Assembly (NCBI GenBank): GCA_001303445.1
Contig: LJTQ01000012.1
Span: forward strand, 22,554 to 68,323
Source of the DNA: Betaproteobacteria bacterium SG8_39
GTDB lineage: Bacteria; Pseudomonadota; Gammaproteobacteria; Burkholderiales; SG8-39
Length of the DNA stretch: 45,770 nucleotides
Direction of reading: 5' to 3'
In this document: piece after piece, positions 21,022-30,880 of the stretch
How positions within the stretch are numbered: position 1 is the stretch's first letter
Layout: each line of letters opens with the position of its first letter
Notes under the pieces: model-generated
Told to the model about the DNA's origin: nothing
The model's database searches: none
The model's input: only the letters and a program-made list of their open reading frames with translations
Made by a program: the position numbers and the translations under genes

Positions 21022-24000
21022 CTACATCGATCGCCGGTACTGCCCGCCCACTTCGAACAGCGCGTGGGTGATCTGGCCGAGCGAGCAGCAGCGCACCGCG
21101 TCCATCAGCACCGCGAACACGTTCTCGTCGGCGATCACTGCCTGCTGCAGCCGATCGAGCACCGCCGGCGCGTCCTGGGCGTGCTGCTTGTGGAAGGCGC
21201 GCAGGCGCTTCAGCTGTGAGCGCTTCTCCTCTTCGGTCGAGCGGATCAGCTCGAGCGCCTCGGGCACCGGATCGCCGTGCGGGTTGCGGAAGGTATTGAC
21301 GCCGACGATCGGGTAGGAGCCGTCGTGCTTCTTGTGCTCGTAATAGAGCGACTCCTCCTGGATCTTGCCGCGCTGGTAACCGGTTTCCATCGCGCCGAGC
21401 ACCCCGCCACGCGCCGAGATCGCCTCGAATTCCTTGAGCACCGCTTCCTCGACGAGATCGGTCAGCTCGTCGATGACGAACGAACCCTGGTTCGGGTTCT
21501 CGTTCTTCGCCAAACCCCACTCCTTGTTGATGATCAGCTGGATCGCCATCGCGCGGCGTACGGACTCCTCGGTCGGCGTGGTGATCGCCTCGTCGTAGGC
21601 GTTGGTATGCAGCGAGTTGGTGTTGTCATAGGTCGAAATCAGCGCCTGCAGCGTGGTGCGGATGTCGTTGAACGCGATCTCCTGGGCGTGTAGTGAGCGC
21701 CCGCTGGTCTGCGAGTGGAACTTGAGCTTCTGGCTGCGCTCGTTGGCGCCGTAGCGTTCGCGCATCGCCACCGCCCAGATGCGCCGCGCGACACGCCCGA
21801 GCACGGTGTACTCGGGATCCATGCCGTAGCTGAAGAAGAACGACAGGTTGGGCGCGAAGTCATCGATGTGCATGCCACGCGCGAGATACGCCTCGACGAA
21901 GGTGAAGCCGTTGGAGAGCGTGAAAGCAAGCTGCGAGATCGGGTTCGCGCCCGCTTCGGCGATGTGGTACCCGGAAATCGACACCGAGTAGAAGTTTTTC
22001 ACGCCGTGGTGGATGAACCAGTCCTGAATGTCGCCCATCACCTTGAGCGAGAACTCGGTCGAGAAGATGCAGGTGTTCTGGCCCTGGTCTTCCTTCAGGA
22101 TGTCGGCCTGCACCGTGCCGCGCACGCTGGCCAGCGTCCATTCGCGAATCTTCTCCGCCTCGTCCTCGGTCGGCTCGCGACCGTTGTCCTGCACGAACTT
22201 CTCCACCTGCTGGTCGATCGCGGTGTTGAAGAACATCGCCAGCAGGGTCGGCGCCGGCCCGTTGATCGTCATCGAAACCGAGGTGTTCGGCGCGCAGAGG
22301 TCAAAGCCCGAGTACAGCACTTTCATGTCCTCGAGGGTCGCGATCGACACGCCCGAGTTCCCGACCTTGCCGTAGATGTCCGGCCGCTCGTCCGGATCGA
22401 AGCCGTAGAGCGTGACCGAGTCGAACGCGGTCGACAGCCGCTTGGCCGGCATGTCCTTCGACAGCAGATGAAAGCGCTTGTTGGTGCGGAAGGCGTCGCC
22501 CTCGCCCGCGAACATGCGTGTCGGATCCTCGTTCTCGCGCTTGAAGGCGAACACGCCCGCGGTGTACGGGAACGACCCCGGCAGGTTCTCGCGCAACTGC
22601 CATTTCAGGATCTCGCCGGGATCCTCGAACTTCGGCAGTGCGACCTTCGGCACCTTGGTCCCCGAGAGCGAGGTGGTGCGCAGGCCGGTGCGGATCTCGC
22701 GGCCGCGAATCTTCACCACGTACTCGTCGCCGGCGTAGGCCTTGACGGTCGCAGGCCACTGCTCGAGCAGCTTCTTCGAGCGTGCATCGAGCGTGTCGTT
22801 TTTTTCCTCGATCAGCGCGGTCAGCGCGTGCGCATCCGCCCCCGCCTTCATGAGCAGCGTCTTTGCGGTGATCAGGCTCGCGCGCTCGCGCGCGTGCTGG
22901 GCCTGCGTGTGCGCGTGCGCGTGGTAGCCGCGCAGGCACTCGGCGATCTCGGCGAGATACCGGCTGCGCTTCGGCGGCACCACCGCGTCGACCCGCGACG
23001 AGACGTGCGCGTCGACCTTCGGCAGCCTGCCGGGTTTCAGCTTGAGACCCTTCTCGCCCAGCCGCGCCACGATCGCCTGATAGAGCGCGGTCACGCCGTC
23101 GTCCGAGAACCGGCTCGCGACCGTGCCGAACACCGGCATCTCGTCGGGGGCAGCGCGGAACGCCTCGCGATTGCGCTGCACCTGCTTGCGCACGTCGCGC
23201 AGCGCGTCCTCGGCGCCCTTGCGGTCGAACTTGTTGATCGCGACGAAGTCTGCGTAATCGAGCATGTCGATCTTCTCGAGCTGGCTCGCCGCACCGAATT
23301 CGGGCGTCATCACGTAAAGCGACACGTCCACGTGCGGCACGATCGCGGCATCGCCCTGGCCGATGCCCGAGGTTTCTACGATCACCAGGTCGAAACCCGC
23401 CGCCCGGCAGGCCGCAACCGCGTCGGGCACCGCCTGCGAGATTTCAGCCCCTGAGCCGCGCGTCGCCAGCGAGCGCATGAACACCGCGTCGCCGTGGATC
23501 GCGTTCATGCGGATGCGGTCGCCGAGCAAAGCGCCGCCGGTCTTGCGGCGCGAGGGGTCGACCGCAACGATTGCAATCTTCAGTCGATCATCCTGGTCGA
23601 GCCGGAAGCGGCGCACGATCTCGTCGGTGAGCGAGCTCTTGCCGGCGCCGCCCGTGCCCGTAATGCCGAGCACCGGCGCGCGGCGCCTGGCCGCCGCGTC
23701 CTGCAGGCGTTGCTTCAGCGCCGCGTTGGCCGCGCCCAGCTCGAGCGCCGTGATGAGCTGCGCCAGCGCCCTGCGGTCGCCTTTGCCGACGCGCTCGAGA
23801 TCGGCCGGCGAATGCGTCGTCGGGTCGAAATCGCAGCGCGCGAGCATGTCGTTGATCATGCCCTGGAGGCCCATTTTCTGGCCGTCCTCGGGCGAATAGA
23901 TGCGCGCCACCCCGTAGGCGTGCAGCGCCTTGATCTCGGCCGGCACGATCACGCCGCCGCCGCCGCCGAACACCTGGATGTGCGCCCCGCCCCGTTCGCG

Positions 24001-24276
24001 CAGCAGGTCGATCATGTACTTGAAGTACTCGAGATGGCCGCCCTGGTAGGACGACACCGCGATGCCCTGCACGTCCTCCTGCAGCGCGGCGGTGACGACG
24101 TCCTCGACCGAGCGGTTGTGGCCGAGGTGAATCACCTCGGCGCCGGAGGCCTGCACGATGCGGCGCATGATATTGATCGAGGCGTCGTGGCCGTCGAACA
24201 GGCTCGCCGCGGTGACGAAGCGAATCTTGTGCTTCGCCTTGTAGATCAGGTTCTGGCTGTCGGACAGATCGGTCAT
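21022..24276 (-). CDS. icmF: Fused isobutyryl-CoA mutase / MeaB-like GTPase (B12-dependent)
   Basis: N-terminal B12-binding FDGHD, P-loop [13 protein letters not shown], and a mutase domain with TRMFAGEG (Phe specificity residue); 1084 aa. Confidence 0.96.
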   Translation of the reverse strand: MTDLSDSQNLIYKAKHKIRFVTAASLFDGHDASINIMRRIVQASGAEVIHLGHNRSVEDVVTAALQEDVQGIAVSSYQGGHLEYFKYMIDLLRERGGAHIQVFGGGGGVIVPAEIKALHAYGVARIYSPEDGQKMGLQGMINDMLARCDFDPTTHSPADLERVGKGDRRALAQLITALELGAANAALKQRLQDAAARRRAPVLGITGTGGAGKSSLTDEIVRRFRLDQDDRLKIAIVAVDPSRRKTGGALLGDRIRMNAIHGDAVFMRSLATRGSGAEISQAVPDAVAACRAAGFDLVIVETSGIGQGDAAIVPHVDVSLYVMTPEFGAASQLEKIDMLDYADFVAINKFDRKGAEDALRDVRKQVQRNREAFRAAPDEMPVFGTVASRFSDDGVTALYQAIVARLGEKGLKLKPGRLPKVDAHVSSRVDAVVPPKRSRYLAEIAECLRGYHAHAHTQAQHARERASLITAKTLLMKAGADAHALTALIEEKNDTLDARSKKLLEQWPATVKAYAGDEYVVKIRGREIRTGLRTTSLSGTKVPKVALPKFEDPGEILKWQLRENLPGSFPYTAGVFAFKRENEDPTRMFAGEGDAFRTNKRFHLLSKDMPAKRLSTAFDSVTLYGFDPDERPDIYGKVGNSGVSIATLEDMKVLYSGFDLCAPNTSVSMTINGPAPTLLAMFFNTAIDQQVEKFVQDNGREPTEDEAEKIREWTLASVRGTVQADILKEDQGQNTCIFSTEFSLKVMGDIQDWFIHHGVKNFYSVSISGYHIAEAGANPISQLAFTLSNGFTFVEAYLARGMHIDDFAPNLSFFFSYGMDPEYTVLGRVARRIWAVAMRERYGANERSQKLKFHSQTSGRSLHAQEIAFNDIRTTLQALISTYDNTNSLHTNAYDEAITTPTEESVRRAMAIQLIINKEWGLAKNENPNQGSFVIDELTDLVEEAVLKEFEAISARGGVLGAMETGYQRGKIQEESLYYEHKKHDGSYPIVGVNTFRNPHGDPVPEALELIRSTEEEKRSQLKRLRAFHKQHAQDAPAVLDRLQQAVIADENVFAVLMDAVRCCSLGQITHALFEVGGQYRRSM

Positions 24277-24318
24277 CGGGGGCCTCGTTCCGCGGACCGG
24301 GGAAGGGAGAGCAGGCTA

Positions 24319-24342
24319 CTTTACGTTTACGTAAACGTCAAC
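24319..24342. promoter_or_regulatory. LiuR-type operator (two overlapping palindromes) upstream of icmF
   Basis: CTTTACGTTTACGTAAACGTCAAC contains TTTACGTTTACGTAAA (24320-24335) and TTTACGTAAACGTCAA (24326-24341), matching the LiuR consensus TTTACGTwwACGTAAA. Confidence 0.85.
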
Positions 24343-24379
24343 CTGCCCGGCGCCTGCCTGCGCCGCGTCGTCCGGCAGT

Positions 24380-25039
24380 TTACCGATCGTGCGCGGCCGC
24401 AGGGACGGCCGCCGCCACGGCGAGAAAGCCGCCCCAGGGCGCGCACACCGAAAGCAGGCCTTCGAGCGTCCGCGCCACCGTGCCGCCCGAGGCGAGGAGT
24501 ACCGCGCTGCGCATCTCGATCCCGCGCGCCCCGGCTGCGCGCAGCAGCGCCCGCGCCTCGGCGGCGCGATGCCAGCGCGCGCCGCGATAGGCGCCTTTGC
24601 CGCCGCCGCGCCCCTTCTGCAGGTACAACACGCTGCGCCGGTTGAGCAGGCCCAGCGCCACGCGGCCGCGCGCCACCCGCATCATTTCGGCGAGCGCCCG
24701 CGCCTCCTCGCGCACGAAGCACAAGGCGGTCACAGACACGCAGCAATCAAAAGCCCGCGAGACGAACGGCAGCGCAGCCGCGTCCGCCACGAGGTAGTCT
24801 TCCACCGCCGCCCGGTGCGCACGCGCGTACGCGATCATCGCCGCGTCGAAATCGATGCCGGTCACGCGGTAGCCGTCGCGGACGAGGCGACGCGTGAACC
24901 AGCCGCTGCCGCAGCCGACATCGAGCATGCGTGCGTTCGGCGATGGGCGCAGCAGCTCGATGAGCAGGCGGTACTCGGTCTCGCCGATCCAGCGCCCGCG
25001 CGGCGTGTTGTACCAGGCGTCGTATTGCTCGGGCGTCAT
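24380..25039 (-). CDS. Class I SAM-dependent methyltransferase
   Basis: YDAWY..PRGRWI N-terminus, LDVGCGSG, ADAAALPF..FD. Confidence 0.88.
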   Translation of the reverse strand: MTPEQYDAWYNTPRGRWIGETEYRLLIELLRPSPNARMLDVGCGSGWFTRRLVRDGYRVTGIDFDAAMIAYARAHRAAVEDYLVADAAALPFVSRAFDCCVSVTALCFVREEARALAEMMRVARGRVALGLLNRRSVLYLQKGRGGGKGAYRGARWHRAAEARALLRAAGARGIEMRSAVLLASGGTVARTLEGLLSVCAPWGGFLAVAAAVPAAAHDR

Positions 25040-25128
25040 ATCGAACGCCCTAGTGTGGGACGCGCACACCGCCAGCGCAATGACGCAGACTTTGACGTCG
25101 CCTGACCCCGAGCCTACAGTTGCCCAGG

Positions 25129-25776
25129 ATGAGCACGCCGATCGAAACGCCTGATGCCGGCGCGGTGCAGTTCTTCGACCGGCAGTTCGAACGGCAGGTC
25201 GGCGCCGCCGATTACGCGCTCAATCCCTTCGAGCAGGCCGTGCTGCCATTCCTGCACGGCGACGTACTCGACCTCGGCTGCGGACTCGGCAACCTCGCAC
25301 TCGCCGCCGCCGCACGCGGCTGCCGGGTGACGGCGCTCGATGCCAGCCCGCTGGCAATTACCGATTTGGTCGGCCGTGCGCGGGCGCAGGGGCTGGAGAA
25401 CGTCCAGGCGCACACGGCCGAGCTGCGTCACTATGTCCCGGCGCGAATGTACGACTCCGTCGTCGCGATCGGCCTGCTGATGTTCTTCGCCTGCGACGAT
25501 GCGCGCGGACTGCTTGCGCGCCTGCGTGAGGCGGTAAAACCCGGCGGCCGCATCGCGCTCAACGTGCTGGTCGAGGGCACGACCTGGCTCGAGCCCTTCG
25601 GCAGCCAACCCTACTGTCTGTTCGCGCCCGATGCCTTGTCAGGCGAAGTCGCGGGATGGAAGGTCCTTGTTTCGCGCCACGACGACTTTCCGGCGCCGAA
25701 CGCCACGCTCAAGCGCTTTCACACCCTCGTCGCCCAACGTCCGGTCGCGCCTAGCTCTCGGACAAGCTCTCGATAA
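25129..25776 (+). CDS. Class I SAM-dependent methyltransferase, TehB-like
   Basis: VLDLGCGLGN, VTALDAS, YDSVVAIGLLMFF, VKPGG, C-terminal TLVAQR. The 3' end overlaps the merR 3' end. Confidence 0.8.
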   Translation: MSTPIETPDAGAVQFFDRQFERQVGAADYALNPFEQAVLPFLHGDVLDLGCGLGNLALAAAARGCRVTALDASPLAITDLVGRARAQGLENVQAHTAELRHYVPARMYDSVVAIGLLMFFACDDARGLLARLREAVKPGGRIALNVLVEGTTWLEPFGSQPYCLFAPDALSGEVAGWKVLVSRHDDFPAPNATLKRFHTLVAQRPVAPSSRTSSR

Positions 25777-26152
25777 TCGCGCAGCCGCGCGCTGCGCCCG
25801 TGTCGCAGCGTGCGATCAGCTCCTCGAGCACCGACTTCAGCCGAACCAGATCGCGCAGCCGCGCGTCGACGACGGTGAGCTTTTTCGCCGCCAGCGCGCG
25901 CGCCGGGCCGCAGGCCGAGAAGCGCTCGAGCCGCAGCAGCGCGGCGATCTCGTCGAGCGTGAAACCGAGAGCCTGCGCGCGCCTGATGAAGCCGATGCGG
26001 GCCAGCGCATCCTCGCCGTAGCGCCGCACGCGACCCGTGGGACGTGCCGGCACGCCAAGCAGTTTTCGGCGCTGGTAATAGCGCACGGTTTCCACGTTCA
26101 CGCCGGCGTCCCTCGCCAGCGCACCGATCGTCATGGAACGGGCAGCCGTCAT
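25751..26152 (-). CDS. merR: Hg(II)-responsive MerR transcriptional regulator
   Basis: TIGALARDAGVNVETVRYYQR HTH and FIRRAQALGFTLDEI. Three Cys (SAC, ARC, RGC) at the positions of Tn21 MerR C82/C117/C126. Confidence 0.9.
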   Translation of the reverse strand: MTAARSMTIGALARDAGVNVETVRYYQRRKLLGVPARPTGRVRRYGEDALARIGFIRRAQALGFTLDEIAALLRLERFSACGPARALAAKKLTVVDARLRDLVRLKSVLEELIARCDTGAARGCAIIESLSES

Positions 26153-26156
26153 CTGC

Positions 26157-26187
26157 TTGACTCCGTACCTGAGTACGGGCTGAGAAT
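26157..26187 (+). promoter_or_regulatory. mer operator/promoter with 19-bp spacer
   Basis: -35 TTGACT (26157-26162), dyad CCGTAC-CTGA-GTACGG in the spacer, -10 GAGAAT (26182-26187). Near-identical to the Tn21/Tn501 merOP. Confidence 0.92.
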
Positions 26188-26220
26188 GCGCCTTTCTCCC
26201 CTTTGAGCGCAAGCGCCCGC

Positions 26221-26574
26221 ATGAAGCCACCCGCAGCGGAAAACGCCTCGATCGCCGCCGGCGCGCTCGCCGCACTCGGCGCCTCGACCTGCTGCGTGCT
26301 GCCGCTCGCCCTGGTCACGGTCGGCCTCGGCGGTGCCTGGATCGCGCAGTTGCGTGCGATGGAGCAGTTTTTCCCGCTGTTCGTCGGCATTGCGATTGCC
26401 GCGTTCGCCTACGCCTTCTACCGCCTGTACCTGCGCCCGGCGGCGTGCGCGCCGGGCGAGGCCTGCGCCGATCCGACCACGCGCCGACGCCAGCGCATCG
26501 CGTTCTGGATCACGCTCATCGGGGCGAAAGCGCTGATCGCATCGCCCTATGTCTATGCCGCCTTGGCGAACTAG
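26221..26574 (+). CDS. merT: Mercury transport protein MerT
   Basis: ASTCCVLPL TM Cys pair, GLGGAW, and cytoplasmic ACAPGEAC. Alternative TTG start at 26203. Confidence 0.9.
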   Translation: MKPPAAENASIAAGALAALGASTCCVLPLALVTVGLGGAWIAQLRAMEQFFPLFVGIAIAAFAYAFYRLYLRPAACAPGEACADPTTRRRQRIAFWITLIGAKALIASPYVYAALAN

Positions 26575-26854
26575 CCTGCTCCCTGCAGTCGGCGCCCTGC
26601 TGCTCGCGTTCGCCCAGCCGGGGACCGCGGGCGAGCCCAAGCAGGTGACGCTCGACGTGCCGAGCATGAACTGTTCGCTCTGCCCGATCACCGTACGCAA
26701 AGCACTCGAACGCGTGCCCGGGGTGATCGCCGCGCGTGCGACGTACGAGCCCAAGCGCGCCGAGGTGACTTACGATCCGGACAAGGTGACGCCTGAGGCA
26801 CTGGCGAAGGCCGTTGACAACGCGGGCTACCCGGCGACCGTGAGGAAACCGTGA
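26549..26854 (+). CDS. merP: Periplasmic mercury-binding protein MerP
   Basis: Signal-like N-terminus, VTLDVPSMNCSLCPITVRKAL HMA motif, AGYPA. The start is uncertain (26549 or 26555) and overlaps merT. Confidence 0.88.
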   Translation: MSMPPWRTSLLPAVGALLLAFAQPGTAGEPKQVTLDVPSMNCSLCPITVRKALERVPGVIAARATYEPKRAEVTYDPDKVTPEALAKAVDNAGYPATVRKP

Positions 26855-27066
26855 GCACGGCCGTGGTGCTTGAGAGCCTGCTCACCTGCCCGACGTGCGG
26901 CCACCAGGCACGCGAGCGCATGCCGACCGACGCCTGCCTGTTTTTCTACGACTGCCCCGGATGTGGCGCACGCCTGAAGCCCGAGCCCGGCGATTGCTGC
27001 GTGTTCTGCAGCTACGGCGACGTGCCCTGCCCGCCGGTGCAGCGCGACGCCCCCGGCTGCTGCTAG
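26851..27066 (+). CDS. GDCCVxC-domain Cys-rich small protein
   Basis: TCPTCG..MPTDAC..YDCPGC..LKP..GDCCVFCSYG..PCPP..GCC; 11 Cys in 71 aa; GTGA overlap with the merP stop. Confidence 0.88.
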   Translation: MSTAVVLESLLTCPTCGHQARERMPTDACLFFYDCPGCGARLKPEPGDCCVFCSYGDVPCPPVQRDAPGCC

Positions 27067-27118
27067 CGCACGGCGCCTGGCGCGGGCGCGCGCCATGGCA
27101 TAGCCTTCGCGTCATCCG

Positions 27119-28039
27119 ATGACGCATTCGCACCACCACGCAGGCCACCCCCACGGCACGACGCACGACGTCGGGCGCGTGTTCGCGCTGGGCGTTGCGC
27201 TGAACGTCGGATTCGTCGTCGTCGAGACGGCCGCGGGGTTGTGGGCGAACTCGCTTGCGCTGCTCGCCGACGCCGGTCACAACCTGAGCGACGTGCTTGC
27301 GCTGCTGCTCGCCTGGGGCGCGACCACCCTGTCGGCGCGCCAGCCGAGCGCGCGCTTCACCTTCGGCCTGCGCAGCACCTCGGTGCTCGCCGCCCTCGCC
27401 AACGCGCTGCTCCTGCTCGCGGTGTGCGGCGCGATCGCATGGGAAGCAGTCGGTCGTCTGCAGCTGTCGGTCGCCGTACCCGGCCTGCCCGTCATCGGCG
27501 TCGCGGCCTGCGGCGTCGTGGTCAACGCCGCAACCGCGCTGCTGTTCCTGCGCCGGCAGAAAGTCGACCTGAACGCGCGCGGCGCCTATCTGCACATGGC
27601 CGCCGACGCACTCGTCTCGCTCGGCGTCGTCGCCGCCGGCATCGGCATGCTGCTCACCGGCTGGAGCTGGCTCGACCCGGTGGTGAGCCTGGCGGTAGTC
27701 GGCGTGATCTTCGCCAGCACCTGGGGGCTGGCACGCGATTCGCTCGACCTCGCGTTGCACGCGGTGCCTTCCGGCATCGACCCGGCCGCGGTGCGCGCGT
27801 TTCTCGCCGCACGGCCGGGCGTCGCCGACGTGCACGACCTGCACATCTGGGGCATGAGCACGACCGAGAACGCGCTTTCCGCGCACCTCGTGATCCCCGA
27901 CGGCCACCCGGGCGACCACTTTCTCGCCGAGACGGCGCGCGAGCTCGAGCAACGCTTTCGCATCGGGCATGCGACGCTGCAGATCGAGCACGGCGACCCC
28001 GAGCATCCCTGCGGGCTCGAGCCCGATCACGTCGTCTGA
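27119..28039 (+). CDS. Cation diffusion facilitator (CzcD/ZitB-like) metal exporter
   Basis: His-rich N-terminus, SLALLADAGHNLSD, AYLHMAAD, VHDLHIW, HATLQIE. Confidence 0.92.
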   Translation: MTHSHHHAGHPHGTTHDVGRVFALGVALNVGFVVVETAAGLWANSLALLADAGHNLSDVLALLLAWGATTLSARQPSARFTFGLRSTSVLAALANALLLLAVCGAIAWEAVGRLQLSVAVPGLPVIGVAACGVVVNAATALLFLRRQKVDLNARGAYLHMAADALVSLGVVAAGIGMLLTGWSWLDPVVSLAVVGVIFASTWGLARDSLDLALHAVPSGIDPAAVRAFLAARPGVADVHDLHIWGMSTTENALSAHLVIPDGHPGDHFLAETARELEQRFRIGHATLQIEHGDPEHPCGLEPDHVV

Positions 28040-28055
28040 GCGCGGGTGTTTCGCG

Positions 28056-28493
28056 TCAGCGCGACTGGCGCAGCATCTCGGCGCGCGCCTCGATCACCTG
28101 CTTCGGCCAGCGCGACTGGATATAGGCCAGCACTGCGCGGATCTGCGCGTCGCTCAACACGCCGGCGAACGCTGGCATGTCGCTCGCGTACCCCGCTGGC
28201 GCATAGGGTGGAACCAGGCCGTGCTTGGTGATGCCGAAGAGCAATTTGTCCGGGTGGTGCCAGGTATGGCCGCTCGCATCGTGTGGCGGCGCCGGCAGGC
28301 GGCCGTTCGGCAGGCGCCGCCGCCAGTCCGGCTGACCCTCGAGATTCGCGCCGTGGCAGGCTGCGCAGTGCTGCGTATAGAGTGCAGCGCCGGCCACAAC
28401 CTGCTTCTGATCGGTTGCGTCGATGCGCTGCGCATCCTCACCGCAGGCCGCGACCAACAGCACGCAGCCGACCAGCGACCATCGCCCAGGCAT
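28056..28493 (-). CDS. Monoheme c-type cytochrome, probable lipoprotein
   Basis: LVAAC lipobox, CAACH heme motif, PAPPHDASGHTWHH, MPAF. TGATG coupling to the upstream oxidase. Confidence 0.88.
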   Translation of the reverse strand: MPGRWSLVGCVLLVAACGEDAQRIDATDQKQVVAGAALYTQHCAACHGANLEGQPDWRRRLPNGRLPAPPHDASGHTWHHPDKLLFGITKHGLVPPYAPAGYASDMPAFAGVLSDAQIRAVLAYIQSRWPKQVIEARAEMLRQSR

Positions 28494-29878
28494 CACGCGA
28501 CGCGGATCACCGCCATCATCCCCGTGGCCTGGTGTTCGAGGACATGGCAGTGGAACATCCAGCCGCCGGGATTGTCGGCTACGAACGCGATCTCGGCGCG
28601 CTCGCGCGGCGCGAGCAGCACCGTGTCGCGCCATTCGCGATGGCGTGTGGCCTTCCCGTCGCGGCTCAGCACACGGAAGACGTGGCCGTGCAGGTGGATC
28701 GGATGCGGCCAGAGCGTGTCGTTGACCAGCTCGAGCACCACCGAGCGGCCGCGCCCGATCTCGAGGATCGGCTCTGCGTCGTGCGCGGTGATCGGCTCGC
28801 CATTCACCGTCCAGGCCACGCCTCGCGCCGAGGCAAAGCGCGGCATGCGGCCCATCATGCCGCCGCCGAACACGATCTGATGACGCTCGGCATCCGCAAG
28901 CACCGGATCGGCAAGCGGGTTCGGCGCGAGCTTGGGCAGCGCCTCGCCCGCGCGGCCGCGGCGCGGCGCATCCGCGTAGCGAAGATCGAGCAGGCGGTAG
29001 GCCATGCGCGCGTAGAAATCGTCGACCACCGGGTAGCGCTTGCCCGGCTCGCCCGTCATGTCGAGGATCAGGTCGGCGCGCATCGCCGGGCCGAGCACCA
29101 CGCGATCGCCCTCCGGGCGATGCGGCTCGACCGGGTGGCCATCGTAGGCGATGACCATCGGCGCGTGGCCGCGGAAATCGAGCGCGTAGATGCGCGCGTT
29201 CGACGCGTTGACCAGCCGCAGCCTCAGGCGCTCGCCGGGCACGACGTCGAATGTCTCGCGCACTTCGCCATTCACCGTCACGGTGTTGCCGATCCGGCCG
29301 GCGTGGCTCGCGTCCATGAAATTGCCGAAGTTCGCGACGATGCGCGCCTCGCGGTCGAGCCGCCAGTCCGACAGCACCCAGACCCGGTCGCGATCGACAC
29401 GCGGCGGATCGGCTTCGTCGACGATCAGCGCGCCCGACAGCCCGCGCCCGACCTGCTCGGGGCTGCCGAGGTGCGGGTGGTACCAGTAGGTGCCAGCGTC
29501 CGGCAGGTCGAATTCGTAGACGAAGCGCGCCCCCCGCTCGATCGGCGGCTGCGTCAGCTGCGGCACGCCATCCATCGCGTTCGGCAGCCGGATACCGTGA
29601 AAGTGGACCGTAGTCGGATCCGGCAACGCGTTCTCGAATTCGACGCGCAGGCGCTCGCCCTGCCGATAGCGCAGGACGGGGCCGGGAATCGAGCCGTCGT
29701 AGCTCCAGACGTCGGTCGAGGGATACGCGGCGCCGACGATCGCACGTTGCGCGGCATGCGCGCGCAGCACGCGCGGTGCTGCAAACGCCGACCCGCCCAC
29801 GGGCGCAAACGCCGCCGCACCGAGGCCGAGTGCCGTGCGCAGGAAATCGCGTCGGCTACGCCCGCGCGCCGACGTCAT
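28493..29878 (-). CDS. Tat-exported three-domain multicopper oxidase
   Basis: SRRDFL Tat motif; HFHG, WYHPH, HPIHLHGH and HCHVLEHQATGM copper motifs. Confidence 0.93.
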   Translation of the reverse strand: MTSARGRSRRDFLRTALGLGAAAFAPVGGSAFAAPRVLRAHAAQRAIVGAAYPSTDVWSYDGSIPGPVLRYRQGERLRVEFENALPDPTTVHFHGIRLPNAMDGVPQLTQPPIERGARFVYEFDLPDAGTYWYHPHLGSPEQVGRGLSGALIVDEADPPRVDRDRVWVLSDWRLDREARIVANFGNFMDASHAGRIGNTVTVNGEVRETFDVVPGERLRLRLVNASNARIYALDFRGHAPMVIAYDGHPVEPHRPEGDRVVLGPAMRADLILDMTGEPGKRYPVVDDFYARMAYRLLDLRYADAPRRGRAGEALPKLAPNPLADPVLADAERHQIVFGGGMMGRMPRFASARGVAWTVNGEPITAHDAEPILEIGRGRSVVLELVNDTLWPHPIHLHGHVFRVLSRDGKATRHREWRDTVLLAPRERAEIAFVADNPGGWMFHCHVLEHQATGMMAVIRVA

Positions 29879-30390
29879 TGCGCGGATCGTGATCGCGTTA
29901 ACCGCCCCCAAGCGATCGCCAGCGCGATCGCCACCGCGCCGGCGATGCAGACCCACCCCGCCGGCCGTGCCAAGAGCAACACGCCTACCCCAAACAGCGC
30001 TGCGAACCCGCTCGCGGATGCGCCCCGGCCCGCGTCGGCGAGCTGCGAGAGCCGCAGCGGAAATGCCGCGACGACGCAGGCCGCATTCGCGAGAATTCCA
30101 ACGAGGGCCACAACGATCAGCACCCATCCGGGGACCGCCACCGGCGCAATCAACGCGACCGCGATCGCCACACTGGCGAGCGTTGCGATCGCCAGCGAGG
30201 CCCATCGCAAAGTGCGCGCCTCGCCTCCTTTCGCGAATCGCTCGCCATCCGCGAGCGCGCCAAGGCTCGCCACACCCAATGCGGGGCAGGCGAAGGCAAG
30301 CGCAAACCCGGCGCCGAGCGCGCCTGCCGTCAGCTGCAGCGCCGCGGGATAGCGCGAGACCGGTATCGGCTGCAGTTCCTCGGAGACCAT
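29875..30390 (-). CDS. Hypothetical membrane protein
   Basis: 171-aa, highly hydrophobic ORF that fills the gap between DUF411 and the oxidase, with an ATGA overlap. No family recognised. Confidence 0.55.
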   Translation of the reverse strand: MVSEELQPIPVSRYPAALQLTAGALGAGFALAFACPALGVASLGALADGERFAKGGEARTLRWASLAIATLASVAIAVALIAPVAVPGWVLIVVALVGILANAACVVAAFPLRLSQLADAGRGASASGFAALFGVGVLLLARPAGWVCIAGAVAIALAIAWGRLTRSRSAQ

Positions 30391-30430
30391 GCCGTCTTCC
30401 GCTCGCCCTCGGGCTCGACGCAGCGCCCGC

Positions 30431-30880
30431 CTAATGCTGCTCGAACACCCGCGCGCCGCCCTGATCGTCGATCAGCAGCGTCGCGTAGGGCTGCTTGGGC
30501 GCGCTCTCCATGCCCGGCGAACCGCCCGGCATGCCGGGCACCGCGAGGCCGCGACCCTTGGGCCGCTCGGCGAGCAGCCGCTTGATGTCGCTCGCCGGCA
30601 CGTGTCCCTCGAGCGTGTAGCCCTCGGCGATCGCCGTGTGGCACGACGCGTACTGCGGCCGCACACCCAGGTTCTGCTTGATGCGATCGAGGTCGGTGAC
30701 GTCGTGCGACTCGACGCGGAAGCCGTTCGACTCGAGGTGCTTGACCCAGTCCTTGCAGCAGCCGCAGGTCGCGGTCTTGTAGACCGTGACCGCGGGGATG
30801 CGCTGCGCGAATGCAGTTGCCGCCGCGCTCCAAGCGAGCGCGGCAAGCAACAGCAGGCCCAAACTACGGATCACGTTCAT
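30431..30880 (-). CDS. DUF411 (CopG-like) periplasmic metal-binding protein
   Basis: Signal peptide, YKTATCGCCKDW, SCHTA, EGHVPA, GLAVPGMPGGSPGME. Confidence 0.92.
   Translation of the reverse strand: MNVIRSLGLLLLAALAWSAAATAFAQRIPAVTVYKTATCGCCKDWVKHLESNGFRVESHDVTDLDRIKQNLGVRPQYASCHTAIAEGYTLEGHVPASDIKRLLAERPKGRGLAVPGMPGGSPGMESAPKQPYATLLIDDQGGARVFEQH

Noticed and set aside
25081-25106. Repeated TGAC in the divergent methyltransferase spacer as a CopR/CusR box
   Set aside because: The spacing is irregular and there is no match to a full inverted consensus.
24380-25776. Mercury methylation (hgcAB)
   Set aside because: These are class I SAM methyltransferases. No corrinoid cap-helix motif or HgcB ferredoxin is present.
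26851-27066. Selenoprotein (some GDCCVxC members contain Sec)
   Set aside because: There is no in-frame TGA; all positions are Cys codons and the ORF ends in TAG.
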